A DNA stretch of 62,532 nt, filler included, from Globobulimina sp. (GCA_003354225.1; 35 parts of 35 records of this genome joined end to end with filler, not necessarily neighbours in it), one strand, 5' to 3'; numbered from the whole stretch's first letter, positions 25,552-37,961 are shown. Made by a program: numbers and translations. Notes: generated by a model from the letters alone, not told the origin.

Positions 25552-25976
25552 ATCGTCAAATGTGAATGATAACAAGTATTAAATGTTGTATATTTATTAT
25601 ACTGTCGTAGTCTGTCGCATTATATTGTATTTAGTTTTTGCTTTTGCGTTTGTATATAGTATCAGATATTGCATCGTGTATTAGGATGTTGTGTACCGGT
25701 GTTTTAGCGTTGAATACATGCCCTAGTTCTATTCTGCCAATAAATGATATTCCATTGTATATCGATTGTCAAATGCTAATTATAATATAATCATTATGCT
25801 CTGGACCGACCTGAAACTCTGAGACGGTAAGCGACCAATATGTTCCTCCTCAGTATATTTATCATATATACTTTTTTTTACTACGTGTACTCAATTCAAC
25901 AAATTTAAATAAGGATAAAAAAACTCTAAATACTAACAGGTTCTGACAATACAACGTTTCCCAAAATCTGAGTTTA

Positions 25977-26755
25977 ATGCTCTGCCAAAAATGGCCATGG
26001 CCATCTGAAGGTGCATGGACGAAGAAACGACATCCAAACGCAGAAGAGTGGAATGCGCTGTTAAAAGCACGAAGAAAGAGATTATTACAAAATGTAATTG
26101 TTGATACTCCGCATGGCTCCAATTTGACAGTTGAATGTCTAACAAAAATTAGATTGTGGGATAAATATAAATGTCTTATATTCATTAGATTTAGATTTTC
26201 AAATTGTATGGCTAAATTAGCATCAAATTCAAAAGAATGGTTTGGTAAATTTGGTAATATCAGAAATATTCGTGTGCTTAGCAAGGGAAAATGTGTAGAA
26301 ATAGAATTCGAAAATGAACATTCAACATTGAACGCGATTTATTATTGCAATAATTATTGGAGTACAATGTTCAAAGCACGCTATCAAATAAGTAATTATT
26401 GTTGGCGTTTTTTAATGCCATATGCAAACTGGAAATGTAGCATTGGAAATGTGAACAGCGTTGGAAATGTCGTGGAATACATTCATGGCAAACTCCAGAT
26501 GACGTTGTAACGTTAACGAAACAACAAGTGCTACAAATTGATAATATATATGACGTTGAATATAGGGATGAACGTAAAACTGTTATTGGAAATTATGCAA
26601 AGCAATCGGAGCCACTGCAGGAAATAATGCATTTAAAAAGAGAATTATGTAAATATTTGCAAGAGATTGAACATTATAAACAGAAATGTGATATGTTACA
26701 AACGGAGATTAGCGGACATATTAATAATTTATGTGAGGAAAAGTTTAAATGTTGG
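25977..26755 (+). CDS. Not4/CNOT4-like RRM plus CCCH-type finger plus coiled coil; frameshift near 26447; continues into the SAM part of the next repeat unit
   Basis: EWFGKFGNIRNI..VEIEF..AI..KARY..NYCWRFL..C; a frame change gives CEQRWKCRGIHSW, in frame with ORF 26528. Confidence 0.55.
26639..26755 (+). repeat. 117-bp direct repeat of the contig start (25066-25182), period 1573 bp
   Basis: Identical except one A/G mismatch (25086 vs 26659). Confidence 0.95.
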
Positions 26756-26855
26756 NNNNNNNNNNNNNNNNNNNNNNNNNNNNNNNNNNNNNNNNNNNNT
26801 TAATTAATTAANNNNNNNNNNNNNNNNNNNNNNNNNNNNNNNNNNNNNNNNNNNN

Positions 26856-28545
26856 GCCAAAAATATTCAAAAAATTAAAAAAATATTACCCGACACCATG
26901 GAAATACTCACAAAATAAACCAAAAAACCCTCACAAAAAATATACTCAACCAGAAGGAGCATTCTTATCACTCCTATTAACAAGAATCGAAGCTCACATA
27001 CTACAAATAATAATCCAAGCAGTCAATGCAACCTTCAAAACTCCTAAAATAAACAAATTGCAGTACTATGCTTTGATGGCATTATGCTCCCAAAAAAACC
27101 TGGAAAACTGAAAAAGAACGTGACCAATTTATCAAATTCCTTGAACAAATTATTACCAAAAAATTAGGTATACAAATCAACCTCATCAATAAACCATTAA
27201 ACCACACATTATTAGACAAAATAAAAAAATACCATCAAAATAACCCCAATCTAAATATAGAAAAAACACTAACCACAACAACCACTACCATAACCAACTT
27301 AGTGAAAAAATGGAAATTGATGAATATAATTCACTCAACAACCTTAATAAATAGTACAAATGATCAACCACAACATATAGACATCATAATGCGAGACCTA
27401 ACACAGGAACAATTAGAAACCAACCCTCCAATAACACAAAAAGAATTTCAAGCATATATTATCAAAAAAATAAATACACATAACCTCCAACAACTAATCA
27501 ACTAATTGATCCACATAACCTCCGCAACATCCACTTCAAATAATCAACTAATTGATGAAACAGCCACAAAAACCTCAATAAAAATCACACACCTCCGACA
27601 ATACAGAAAACTATTTTACAATTTTGGAAACCTAGCAAAACATATGAAACAACAAAATACATGTAATTTATCCACATCTCAACAAACTCCGTAAACGATA
27701 TTGGATACAAGCACACAATGAACTAGCCAAAATAAGTAACAAACTGAACCACACCCATCAAACCAGATTTGCACAACACACACTAAAAACAATTCGCACA
27801 TTCAATAGAGGTAAATATAAAGAATTTTGGAAATTAGCATGGTATGATAAAAAAACTCACATGGTATGATAAAAAAAGACAACAACAAAAACAAGAACAA
27901 CACACCCACCATTTTTACACAAAATTAATATCAAAACTTGCAGAATGGTACCACATCACACATCGAATAATATTAGACCATTATAAAAATAATCCACAGA
28001 AAACCACAGTAACAACAAAATTAAATAAATATAAACAAACTAAATATAACTATACATACCATGCATGGTGCCCAAAATAAAAAACAAAATAAAATTACAC
28101 AAAATGACATAATTATAGCAACAGATGGAAGTGGCAAAGATAAAAAAGCAGGATATGGAATATATATTAAACATAAATATAGAAAATACTACTTTGCACA
28201 AGCACTAGGAACTGAAACAAACAATGTAGCTGAAACCACAGCAATAATGAAAATCAAACAATTACTTAAAAAACTTTGCATACAAACTAAAAACAAAAGA
28301 ATATTTATCATAACTGATTCTGCATAAAACATATACAACAAATAAAGAAAATATTCAACTACATATAAAATTACATCAAGAACTTTGGACCATAAATAAA
28401 AATCCAGAATTTCACCCAATCCTTATAAAAAATGGCTACCAATAATTGAAGAAAACTATAAAGCAGACAAGTTAGCAGGTGACGCTGCTGATTATAGTAT
28501 AAGTCATCCCCACTTACAAAACCATACATTAACAGGGTGGCAGTG
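26856..28545 (+). mobile_element. Highly degenerate retroelement remnant with RNase H
   Basis: IATDGSG..GYG, NNVAETTAI, IITDS, ENYKADKLA; many stops; A/C-rich and G-poor strand. Confidence 0.65.
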
Positions 28546-28645
28546 NNNNNNNNNNNNNNNNNNNNNNNNNNNNNNNNNNNNNNNNNNNNTTAATTAATTA
28601 ANNNNNNNNNNNNNNNNNNNNNNNNNNNNNNNNNNNNNNNNNNNN

Positions 28646-30335
28646 TATCACAATTGGACTGATATTACATTACGATCGCATTGGATCATTCATATAAGAA
28701 AACCATCCACAAAGGACAAGGAAAGAGAGAAAAAATTATTAGCATTACAGAAACAGCAACAACAACAACAACATACAGCAACAGCAACATTACAGCTTCA
28801 TAGCCAGCAAAATAAAAAGAAACACAGCAAGATCAAAAGCCAAGCTTCCAAGCCCCAAATGCAACCAAGTAACAGCTTAAAAGCGCTAAATCCCATCAAT
28901 AACAACGATAATGGCCCATACCAGGCAGAGTCGTCAGGCATTCATTTATCGCCGCACGGCACCCACAACAACAACAGTTACAACAACAAACTCATCGACT
29001 CGCACGGCATCAAAGTGGATGAGACCATCGCCATCCATAACCACATCAGGTATTACGCGGCGGTGACCGAGAGCTGGTTTGTTAAGAATCGGCCCAAATA
29101 TGGCTCCATCAATAAGGTCCTGAGCAAATTGTTCACGTTGTACATGATCTCCATTTGTTTGGTGATATTCGTGTCTGTGATGGAGGCGTATTACCAGGAA
29201 ATTATATTTTGGACCATCTTCCAAGGCGTTATCCGATTGTTATTGTTGTGCATTCCATGTATGGCGATTGTGTATCTCTGGTACAATACGCCGAAACACG
29301 TCAATGATTCCTTTTTTTTCAGTTAAGTTAATTCCCAAATCAAATCACTGCACAGTTTCTGTACATTTTCTTTACATTTTTGTATCCTCGCACCCCTCAA
29401 TAACACCCACATATACACAACACGGCTACGTAGGAGACGAGATGCGCAAAATCAAGAATGTGATCATCATCACTTGCGGGTTGTACTCGGTGTTGATTCT
29501 ATACACCATTTTCCATAAAATTACTGTCATGCGCCATCAACGTATATTGCATGTGATTGAGCACATTGTCAACGAGATTTGCGTGATTTACACCTGTGTC
29601 AATATGGTGTATTACCAGACAGATTGGGTGTTATCGAGCATTGAGAGCCGCGAGAAAGCGTTGAATTGTAAATTGTATAATATGCCCATCAAATATAGAC
29701 CCAATCCGCAATTAGCTACGTATACAAACGGTGCGATGAACCCATACAACGGCTCTACGATGAACCCGCCGACGTCGACCGGTACCTCGACGCAAGTGAC
29801 GCTGTCGCCTGATTTTGGCGTCAACCCCAAACCTGTGCAGATTCTGATGGCCGAGATTCGCGAGGATGAGCCGACGGAGATCAATAATAACCCAAGCAAC
29901 GAATCGACGCATTATGAGTACGACGTGAAACAAACTGAATCGCCCATCACAGCCACGCCGAACTCGAATGCCATCGCCGTCGACGATGAATACAACGATG
30001 CCAACTTACGGCAGAATTTCAAGCTCATTTTTGACGTCTTGCAGGAGTTTAAATTATTTGACGAGTTTACGCGCCATTTGGCGTCTGAATTGTGTATGGA
30101 ATGTTCGTTGGCATTCATCGAGTTCACGCAGTTTAAGAGCTTATTAGAGCGCGACACCACGTTCATGCAAAGCGTGAATACCAATAACTCGTACTATAAT
30201 TGCATGACTCCGATGAATATGAACTTGAATGACGAAGTGGCGCATAATGGCTGGTCCTCCTTTGTGCACATTAAGTTGCCGACAAATATCTCGCGTTCGA
30301 GCATTGTGCACAATAAAAAATACGCGCGCATGTTG
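28646..30335 (+). CDS. Multi-TM protein with C-terminal RGS domain (partial); intron 29322-29433
   Basis: Several TM helices; spliced NDSFFFRDEMRK; VLQ..LFDEFTRHLASELCMECSLAFIEFTQFK resembles the RGS helices. Confidence 0.7.
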
Positions 30336-30435
30336 NNNNNNNNNNNNNNNNNNNNNNNNNNNNNNNNNNNNNNNNNNNNTTAATTAATTAANNNNNNNNN
30401 NNNNNNNNNNNNNNNNNNNNNNNNNNNNNNNNNNN

Positions 30436-30823
30436 TGGGATGATTGGAGGAATGGGCGGTATGATGAGAGGAATGGGCGGGAATAATAATATGAATGCGA
30501 ATACAAGTATGAACAGTGTGAATAGTGTGAATAGTGCGAATAGTACGAATATTAATACAATGATTAATGCAAAGATAATGTCATCTGATTTGGGAATGGA
30601 TCCAGATGTGGGAAATGATACCGATACTTTTCATGAGAACTTAGCAACTGAAATTGCTAAAGAAGATGATACAAATTTTAATTCTGCATTTAATTCTTTA
30701 TATGGAAATCAACAGCCACCGAAACAGAAACAGCAACAGCAACCGAAACAACAACAACAGACATCCAGTCCTTTTGGATATGATAGTACGGTAATGGGTG
30801 GATTTGGTAATATCAAAATGTAA
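30436..30823 (+). CDS. C-terminal low-complexity (G/M/N/Q-rich) fragment of an unknown protein
   Basis: Open frame from the contig start to TAA. Confidence 0.5.
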
Positions 30824-30949
30824 ATTAAATACTATGTTAATAATTATTACAATTTGTTATATATATACCTCACATTCTATGTGCTGTGAATGTGTTTTTT
30901 TTTGTTTGAGTTTAATTTAGAGTTTAGTTGGTCCCTAAATTAATATTAA

Positions 30950-32125
30950 ATGGCGCGTAGCGAAAAGCTAGAAAACATTGTTGTTTCGCGATCTGTACTA
31001 AAATGTGATGAATGCAATCGAATATGCCATCACGATCGCAAATATTCCATATTGTCCGATGTTGATGATTCACGTTCTCTGCTATTTAAGCGGAATGAAA
31101 ATAATAAGTGTTTCATGTGTTATCATTCCGAACAACATCATTCCAGATTAATCAATCCAAAAATTATTAAACAATTATTTATTGATTCGAAAGAAAATGC
31201 AAATACAAAGGATATATGCCAACGCATCAAATATTTAGGAGGTAAAAAACATCACAAGCAAATAGTTAATGTGTTATCGGATCAATCAGAAGCACCATAT
31301 ATTTGGATGAATATATTATGGAAAAGTGCAATGTACACAAGTACGCAACAAAAAATGTATTTCCTTAAAATGTTAGAAAACGAATTTGAACCTGATTATA
31401 CAATGCAAAATAACAAAGGTTTGACAGTGATCCACATTTTGTGTCTGGATGACAATATAATTGACGCTGAAACATCTCAATTATTGCTGCTATATTTCAG
31501 AGAAGAAAGCAAATATATTAAAAAAGATATATTCCGATCTGTGTGTCTTTCAAAACGAACGCCATTGCATTATGCAGTGGAATCTGGGAAAATAGAAAGT
31601 ATTAAAATATTAATTGCTTTATACGATAACAAAACTCTGCTATTGAAAGATAATAAAAAACAGACTGTAATGGATATTGCACGACAGCAGAAACATACCA
31701 ATATCATCGAATATTTGCAACAGTATAAACTTGATGGTTATGATGAGAAAAAAGAGGATTTATATCATGAGAAACAAGAATGGGAAATGTGTTTATTGCA
31801 TGCAATTAATTCATTGTTGCAAAAGAAAGAGTATACATCGCAACAATTGAATGAAATATGTAAACAAATGGCGCCGGATAAAATAATAAATCCTCATAAG
31901 TCAATATTTCAAACTGGTAACTATGATGCAAATGTTTTGATGATGGCATTAAATAAAATTAATATTGATGTTCAATGGTTTGATGCAAGAAAAGTTAATG
32001 AATTGGATTTAAGAAATCAGGCATTTTTACAACCTGATAATAAATGCAAATTTATTGGATTTATCTTGAATAATCCACAAAAGACAATGTTTTTTATTAA
32101 TCGTCGACATTGGTTAACAATAAAA
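30950..32125 (+). CDS. Ankyrin-repeat plus Josephin (JOSD-like) deubiquitinase, 3' partial
   Basis: GLTVIHIL, RTPLHYAV, QTVMDIA; YHEKQ..CLLHAINSLLQ, NPHKS..GNYDANV, RRHWLTIK. Confidence 0.88.
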
Positions 32126-32225
32126 NNNNNNNNNNNNNNNNNNNNNNNNNNNNNNNNNNNNNNNNNNNNTTAATTAATTAANNNNNNNNNNNNNNNNNNN
32201 NNNNNNNNNNNNNNNNNNNNNNNNN

Positions 32226-33497
32226 GTTTATAAATCCATTGTGATAAAAAAAACCTTAAACCCAAGTTTCAAATCTTTCCAAATCGAATCGCAGAAACTC
32301 TGTAACTGTGATCCATTCCGCCCCATAATACTAACTGTTTATGACTGGGACAAATCCAGCAACGATGATGTCATCGGTTCTGTACAAACGAACTTAAACG
32401 AACTCCGTAGCAAACCACAGGGATTAACTATTACACGTCACAAGAAAAAAAACAAAACCTATGGTCAGATTAGTGTTACTGGCTTTAGCTCGAAGTCACT
32501 TGCAAGTTTTTTAGATTACATGCAAGGCGGAGCGGAGATCTCGTTATGCGTCGCCATTGACTTTACCGGAAGTAATGGGCATCCTCGCGATGCGCAGAGT
32601 TTGCATAATATTTACAGTGAGCAACCCTCGCAGTATCAAAATGCGGTTCGCCAAATCGGAAACATAGTCTCCGTTTATGATTTTGATAAGAAATTCCCAG
32701 TGTGGGGCTTTGGGGCGTTTATGAACGGCCGGGTGCACCATGATTTTGCTCTGAATTGGAATGATAATAACCCGGAGGTACAGGGGATATTTGGTATTGA
32801 GGAGATATATTTGAATGGGATACGGAGTGACAAGTTTCAGCTCAGTGGACCGACGTTGTTTGAGCCTATTTTGAAGAAAGCAAAGGCTTTGGCACAGATT
32901 GCGCATAAAAATGACGGTTTAAACTATTTGATTTTGTTGATTTTGAGCGATGGGATTATTAATGATATGCGGCAGACAAAGAATGAAATTGTAGAGATGT
33001 CGAATGCGAATCTACCAATCAGTATTATTATCATTGGATTGGGGAATGCGGATTTTCGTGGAATGAAAGAGTTGGACGGGGATGAACAGGGTTTGATGGA
33101 TAGTAAGGGACAGTATGCAAAGCGGGATATTGTGCAATTTGTGCAGATGAATGTCTATAATGATTTAAATTCATTATCGAAGGAAACGTTGATGGAAATA
33201 CCGAAGCAATTGTTGTCGTATACGGCTGTGCATGATATTAAAGCTGGGGAGAAACCAAAAGTTGACATGAATGTTCATGAGAATTTGTTTGCGATGAATG
33301 ATGAAGAGATGAAACAAGAACAGGAACAAGAATTGGAAGTGCTTGAGTCGGATTATAATGAAGCACAGGATATGTATTCTAATGCACCGCTACCATCAGG
33401 TTGGGAGAAGGGATATGATGAAACAAGTGGGAGACCGTATTATGTCAATAATATTAATCAAACGACACAGTGGGAACATCCATCTGCTACGCAATAA
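32226..33497 (+). CDS. Copine (C2B plus vWA) with C-terminal WW domain, 5' partial
   Basis: KKTLNP, VYDWD, AIDFTGSNG, FPVWGFGA, LSGPT, SDG.I.D, RDIVQFV; LPSGWEK..GRPYYVN..TTQWEHP. Confidence 0.92.
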   Translation, partial: VYKSIVIKKTLNPSFKSFQIESQKLCNCDPFRPIILTVYDWDKSSNDDVIGSVQTNLNELRSKPQGLTITRHKKKNKTYGQISVTGFSSKSLASFLDYMQGGAEISLCVAIDFTGSNGHPRDAQSLHNIYSEQPSQYQNAVRQIGNIVSVYDFDKKFPVWGFGAFMNGRVHHDFALNWNDNNPEVQGIFGIEEIYLNGIRSDKFQLSGPTLFEPILKKAKALAQIAHKNDGLNYLILLILSDGIINDMRQTKNEIVEMSNANLPISIIIIGLGNADFRGMKELDGDEQGLMDSKGQYAKRDIVQFVQMNVYNDLNSLSKETLMEIPKQLLSYTAVHDIKAGEKPKVDMNVHENLFAMNDEEMKQEQEQELEVLESDYNEAQDMYSNAPLPSGWEKGYDETSGRPYYVNNINQTTQWEHPSATQ

Positions 33498-34014
33498 GTA
33501 ATGATAGCGTTGTTTAATTTGTATACCTGCAATTTATATGTTTACTTTTTTTATACAGCAACGTACGGCATAGTTCAGTTGAAAATAAGAAATGCGACAT
33601 TTCCGCAAGTTTGTAAACTAAACTAGAACATGTTTACAGCTACGGATCTAGAAATAAAAAGTTGCGTTTTGTACGTACATGATATGCATTGTTTTCTTTA
33701 AAATAATAAGAATATAAATTTAATCTCCTTTCAAATATTTGCGTGAAGGAGAATGTTGTATCAATTGAGTAAAATTTGTGTTAAAACGTATATCCCAATA
33801 TTTTGAAAAATGTTGAGGATCTCCGTTCAATTTATGTCTCATAAATTTAAGTTGATTTCGAGATTCGCGTAAATGTGATTTTGTAACATCTGGCAAAATT
33901 AATGCTGGATAAATNNNNNNNNNNNNNNNNNNNNNNNNNNNNNNNNNNNNNNNNNNNNTTAATTAATTAANNNNNNNNNNNNNNNNNNNNNNNNNNNNNN
34001 NNNNNNNNNNNNNN

Positions 34015-34212
34015 CAGGAAAGAAAGTCCGTGACTGACTGGAAAGTGCTGTTACATTTCGTGCAATTGTACAGAGAGAAAGTGATGGATTTATTGGAGCC
34101 AAACAAAGGAATCCCACTTAAAATAAGATATGATCCTCAAACAGATTCGCCGTATGTTGCAAATTTAAAATCCAAGTCGTCGCGATCTCATATGATTATG
34201 ACAAGGAATTAA
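34015..34212 (+). pseudogene. Kinesin motor fragment with apparent internal deletion
   Basis: FVQLYREKVMDLL..LKIRYD..YVANL followed almost directly by SSRSH (switch I), then a stop. Confidence 0.65.
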
Positions 34213-34389
34213 GTAAAGCACAGCTCATGGCATTGGTGAAAAAGCTACACACTGAAAACAAGAAACTAAGAAAGACAACTTTAACAAACACAAATGTCGA
34301 GTTACAGTTGTCACAGCAAATGCAATTAAAGAATAGGTACCAATCAAGAGTTGACAATAAAGGTGAAGGAAATATTTAAGGAATTTATT

Positions 34390-34453
34390 GTGATTATAGC
34401 TCATTGAGAGCATCTTATTAAATAAGATTTGGGTTCAAATCCCAAGCATCACA
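34390..34453 (+). ncRNA. Compact tRNA-like element (tRNA pseudogene or tRNA-derived Pol III unit)
   Basis: A-box-like TAGCTCA, D stem GCTC/GAGC, stem TCTTA/TAAGA, T arm TTGGG-TTCAAAT-CCCAA, ends GTGAT/ATCAC, T6 run at 34454-34459. Confidence 0.65.
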
Positions 34454-35052
34454 TTTTTTATTTTATTTTATGATTCCGTACAATTAAGTTGTGTTTTTCG
34501 TTTCTATTTTACTCTCTAGGGCATGACCGGAAAACAGGTCCTATTCTAAAGTAAATATAGAGATGATAGATGTTAAGAAATAGAAACGGATGAACCAACT
34601 CCGTCACCAACAGGAACTGAAACTGCATCACCAATCAACCACAGACATATAAAAGATTTATATTTGTTTGCATTGTCAAATTAAATATACAGCGAAGAAG
34701 CACTGCCTCAAAGTGTGATTGTTTAATATTATCATCATAGGAATATGTTGCAATGGGTTGAGCAGAACAATCAAAATATAATTTTCTTAATTCATCAATA
34801 TTATCTTTGTTGGATAATTGGCATACATCACAGCGCCAGGACATGACTTGTTGGCCAGGACATGCAAAGTAAAAAAAGCATTTCCTATCAACGTTGTTTC
34901 GGATTGGTAAATCGTTAACAATCTCACAAGTCACAACAAAAGAGCTCTTATATTGTATATATCTTTAGTTAATTAATTAATATATAATATATTTGTTTCG
35001 AAAGGGGAGTAATATTACATTTACAATATATAATAAATTTACATGAGCATAA

Positions 35053-35580
35053 TCAGTCAATATCTAACATCAGATCAACATCATCATAACTAAGTAATCC
35101 ACCATGCACCAATGGTGATGGTGTGATAGATAACGATGAAATCGATATTGTTGATAAAGAGGTCGTGTTCAAGAGTGACATTGGTGAGATAGGAGAAACA
35201 GGAGAAATGGGAGAAATAGGTGATAATGGACGTTTGCTATTTTTGGTCGCATATTTGGTGACAATCTTTTTTTTCTTTTTTCCAGATGATGTTTTCCTTA
35301 ATTTCGGATTGATTTTACAACCAATCTTCTTTGCAGATTTACTGGATGAAAATGCTAGTTTTGGTAGTAACCAATCAGAATCATCAGGCGAATGTTTATA
35401 TTTAATTGGAGTCCATTTTTCTTGTACTCCAATAAATCGCTTTACTCCACTTTTTATCGGTTTCAACGCACATATAACTTCAGAGTCGTCAAACGTTGAT
35501 AACATTGAGTCTTTTCGTGATAGATCAGGGCTAAGAGATGGTAGCCATTCAGGTCCATAAACGTTACATTTGAGCTCCAT
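35053..35580 (-). CDS. Hypothetical Ser/Pro/Lys-rich protein (SPI repeats), 5' end uncertain
   Basis: 175-aa ORF containing SPISPISPVSPISPMS. Confidence 0.5.
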   Translation of the reverse strand: MELKCNVYGPEWLPSLSPDLSRKDSMLSTFDDSEVICALKPIKSGVKRFIGVQEKWTPIKYKHSPDDSDWLLPKLAFSSSKSAKKIGCKINPKLRKTSSGKKKKKIVTKYATKNSKRPLSPISPISPVSPISPMSLLNTTSLSTISISSLSITPSPLVHGGLLSYDDVDLMLDID

Positions 35581-35803
35581 GCAAACTGCGCAGCGTTGAA
35601 AATAGTTTAATAAATTATCCTCGTATCAAATCATGGGAAATTCAAATAAAACAACATCGCAGAATGCTCCTCTTCCAAATCGTACGAAAACAAAGTTATC
35701 TACNNNNNNNNNNNNNNNNNNNNNNNNNNNNNNNNNNNNNNNNNNNNTTAATTAATTAANNNNNNNNNNNNNNNNNNNNNNNNNNNNNNNNNNNNNNNNN
35801 NNN

Positions 35804-36680
35804 GCTGCATCCATCGCAAACTTGCTTCTAAAATCCCCAATTTATCACCAAATGTTTTATTATATTCATCAATGGCGGTTTCAATAATTTTAACCGCTTC
35901 AAATTTGGAATTCTGCCAATATCGATATCGATAATTACCACCAGCACTCCCTTTAAATCTCCCAATTTGTATGCTATCCGCTGTCATATCTTTAAATTTG
36001 TGTTTTCCAGACAACACTCCACCGGCAATAATATTATATGCATAAAAGGAAATGTTAAACCTCTTTAAGCAAAATAATAATTCGCGTTCAACATCGCGAG
36101 TGATCGCATTGTACATTCCTTGATACACGGATGGTTTTACATAATTATATTTGTCGCATAAATATACAATTTCTGTCACCTGCCATGATGCAAAATTACT
36201 TAATCCAAAACGTTTGATTTTTTTCTCCAAATATAAAGCATTTATGACTTTTAAGGTTGACAGCAATGAGTTTGATGGATCGGGCAAATGTAAATATAAA
36301 ATATCGACACAGTCTGTCTTTAATCTCCGTAATGATTCGTGAAATTGCTGTAATATTCCTTTTGGAGAGAAACCGAATTTTGTGGCTTTTGTCCCAGGGA
36401 AGATCTTGGTTGATATTAATGCGTTGTTTGGAAGTAAAATATCATTACGCATTTTTCCAAGCAGTTTCTCTGATTTTCCATTTGAATAAACCTTTGCCAT
36501 TGGTATTCATTGTAGTATCATAGAAAATGTATAAACTGAATGCTTAACATATGCTGTGTCAATTTCACGAAAATTATGTTTCAAGAAATCAAGTGTCATT
36601 TTACGTGCTTCAGTGTCCGGTAAACGACGACCATGTTCCATGGCTCCTAATATTATGTTTGGTATCCCGTAACTTGCCAT
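35804..36680 (-). CDS. Aldo-keto reductase, AKR7/aflatoxin aldehyde reductase-like, 3' partial; intron 36492-36548
   Basis: Spliced EIDTAY-VYSNGKSE; ISTK, DILYLH.PD, GLSNF, YQGMYNAITR. Confidence 0.9.
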
Positions 36681-36821
36681 GTTCAATAAAGTTAGTTTCA
36701 AGTAGGATTAATCCTTATGGAACTATTCTGCTAAATCTTAATTTTAGTTTGTTCGGAGTGGATTAAATATATTGTGTGCACACAGTGAAAGGATTCGTTT
36801 TTTTTATTTGTGAACTACTAA

Positions 36822-37492
36822 ATGGCGAGTATGGTTTCAAAGTGACTGACTTTAAGGTTTTTTAGTGTATATATATATTTGGAGAATGAACAGACTGAAA
36901 TCACTGTTGAGACCGTTGCGATTGATTCATTCGAATTATGTCGAGATATCAAGTAACAAACCATATGTGACTGCAATGATAACCGGAGCAACGATTCTCA
37001 CAATATCCGATGTCACGGCACAGACGATGTCCTCCAGATTTGTGGAGAATTATAAATTCGATTGGATACGCACGCTCGCTTTGTGCACATTTGGCACGTT
37101 TTATTACGGACTCATTGCAAGAAAGATATATTTTGTATATGAATTATTATTGGGAGGAGGCAAGCCTGTGCTGAAAGCAACCATCGATTGTGCTGTGCAT
37201 ACACCATTTTTACTGATTCCATGCTTTTATTTGATGACAGGAAGCATCAAAGGGCAATCAATCCCAGAAATTGGAACCCAACTAAAAAATGAATGGTTTA
37301 CTTCATCGACAGCTTCTGTGGCGTATTGGTTGCCGATGATGTATGTCAATTTCAAGTATTGCACACCTCAAACACGGATATTCTTCATTTGCACTTTGAG
37401 CTATGCACATAAATCTGCTCTGTCGTGGTATTCGAATCGGAATAGAGTCAAGCAACGTTCCCTTGAAATGGAATTAAAGAACAAAGTTATTT
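36822..37492 (+). CDS. Mpv17/PMP22 family membrane protein (possible first exon 36822-36841; otherwise ATG at 36886)
   Basis: PYVT.MITG...SDVTAQ, FDWIRT, W.P..YVNF..P.TR. Confidence 0.8.
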
Positions 37493-37728
37493 NNNNNNNN
37501 NNNNNNNNNNNNNNNNNNNNNNNNNNNNNNNNNNNNTTAATTAATTAANNNNNNNNNNNNNNNNNNNNNNNNNNNNNNNNNNNNNNNNNNNNAATATGCA
37601 ATATGTAATATGTAATAATGCAATAAGTAATACATAGCATAATTTTATTTTTGTTTTTTATTAATATTAGCTCATTCTACATATGATAACGAGTGCTCAG
37701 TGTTAATTTGGGAGGCTGGGCAATCTGA

Positions 37729-37853
37729 TTAGTTACCAAATAGTTTCTAAATAGTAACTAATTAGTTGCATTTTCGTTTTTGGATACTAAATAGTTACTA
37801 AATAGTTACGTAGTAATTATTTCAAAACAAAAACGATAATGCGTAACTATTTA
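37729..37853. repeat. Cluster of direct and inverted TAAATAGTTAC-like repeats
   Basis: aaatagttac units and reverse-complement gtaactattt visible. Confidence 0.5.
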
Positions 37854-37961
37854 GACATTTTTAGTTTTTGTAATAATTAGTTGTACAGTACATATAAGTT
37901 TGCGCGAAACAAAGAGCATTCCCCAGATCGTCGATGCGAAAAAACGTTTTTTAAGTGAAGA

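Noticed and set aside
34390-34453. Functional tRNA-Leu(TAA) or suppressor tRNA
   Set aside because: Anticodon loop, D loop and acceptor stem are non-canonical, so no anticodon can be assigned
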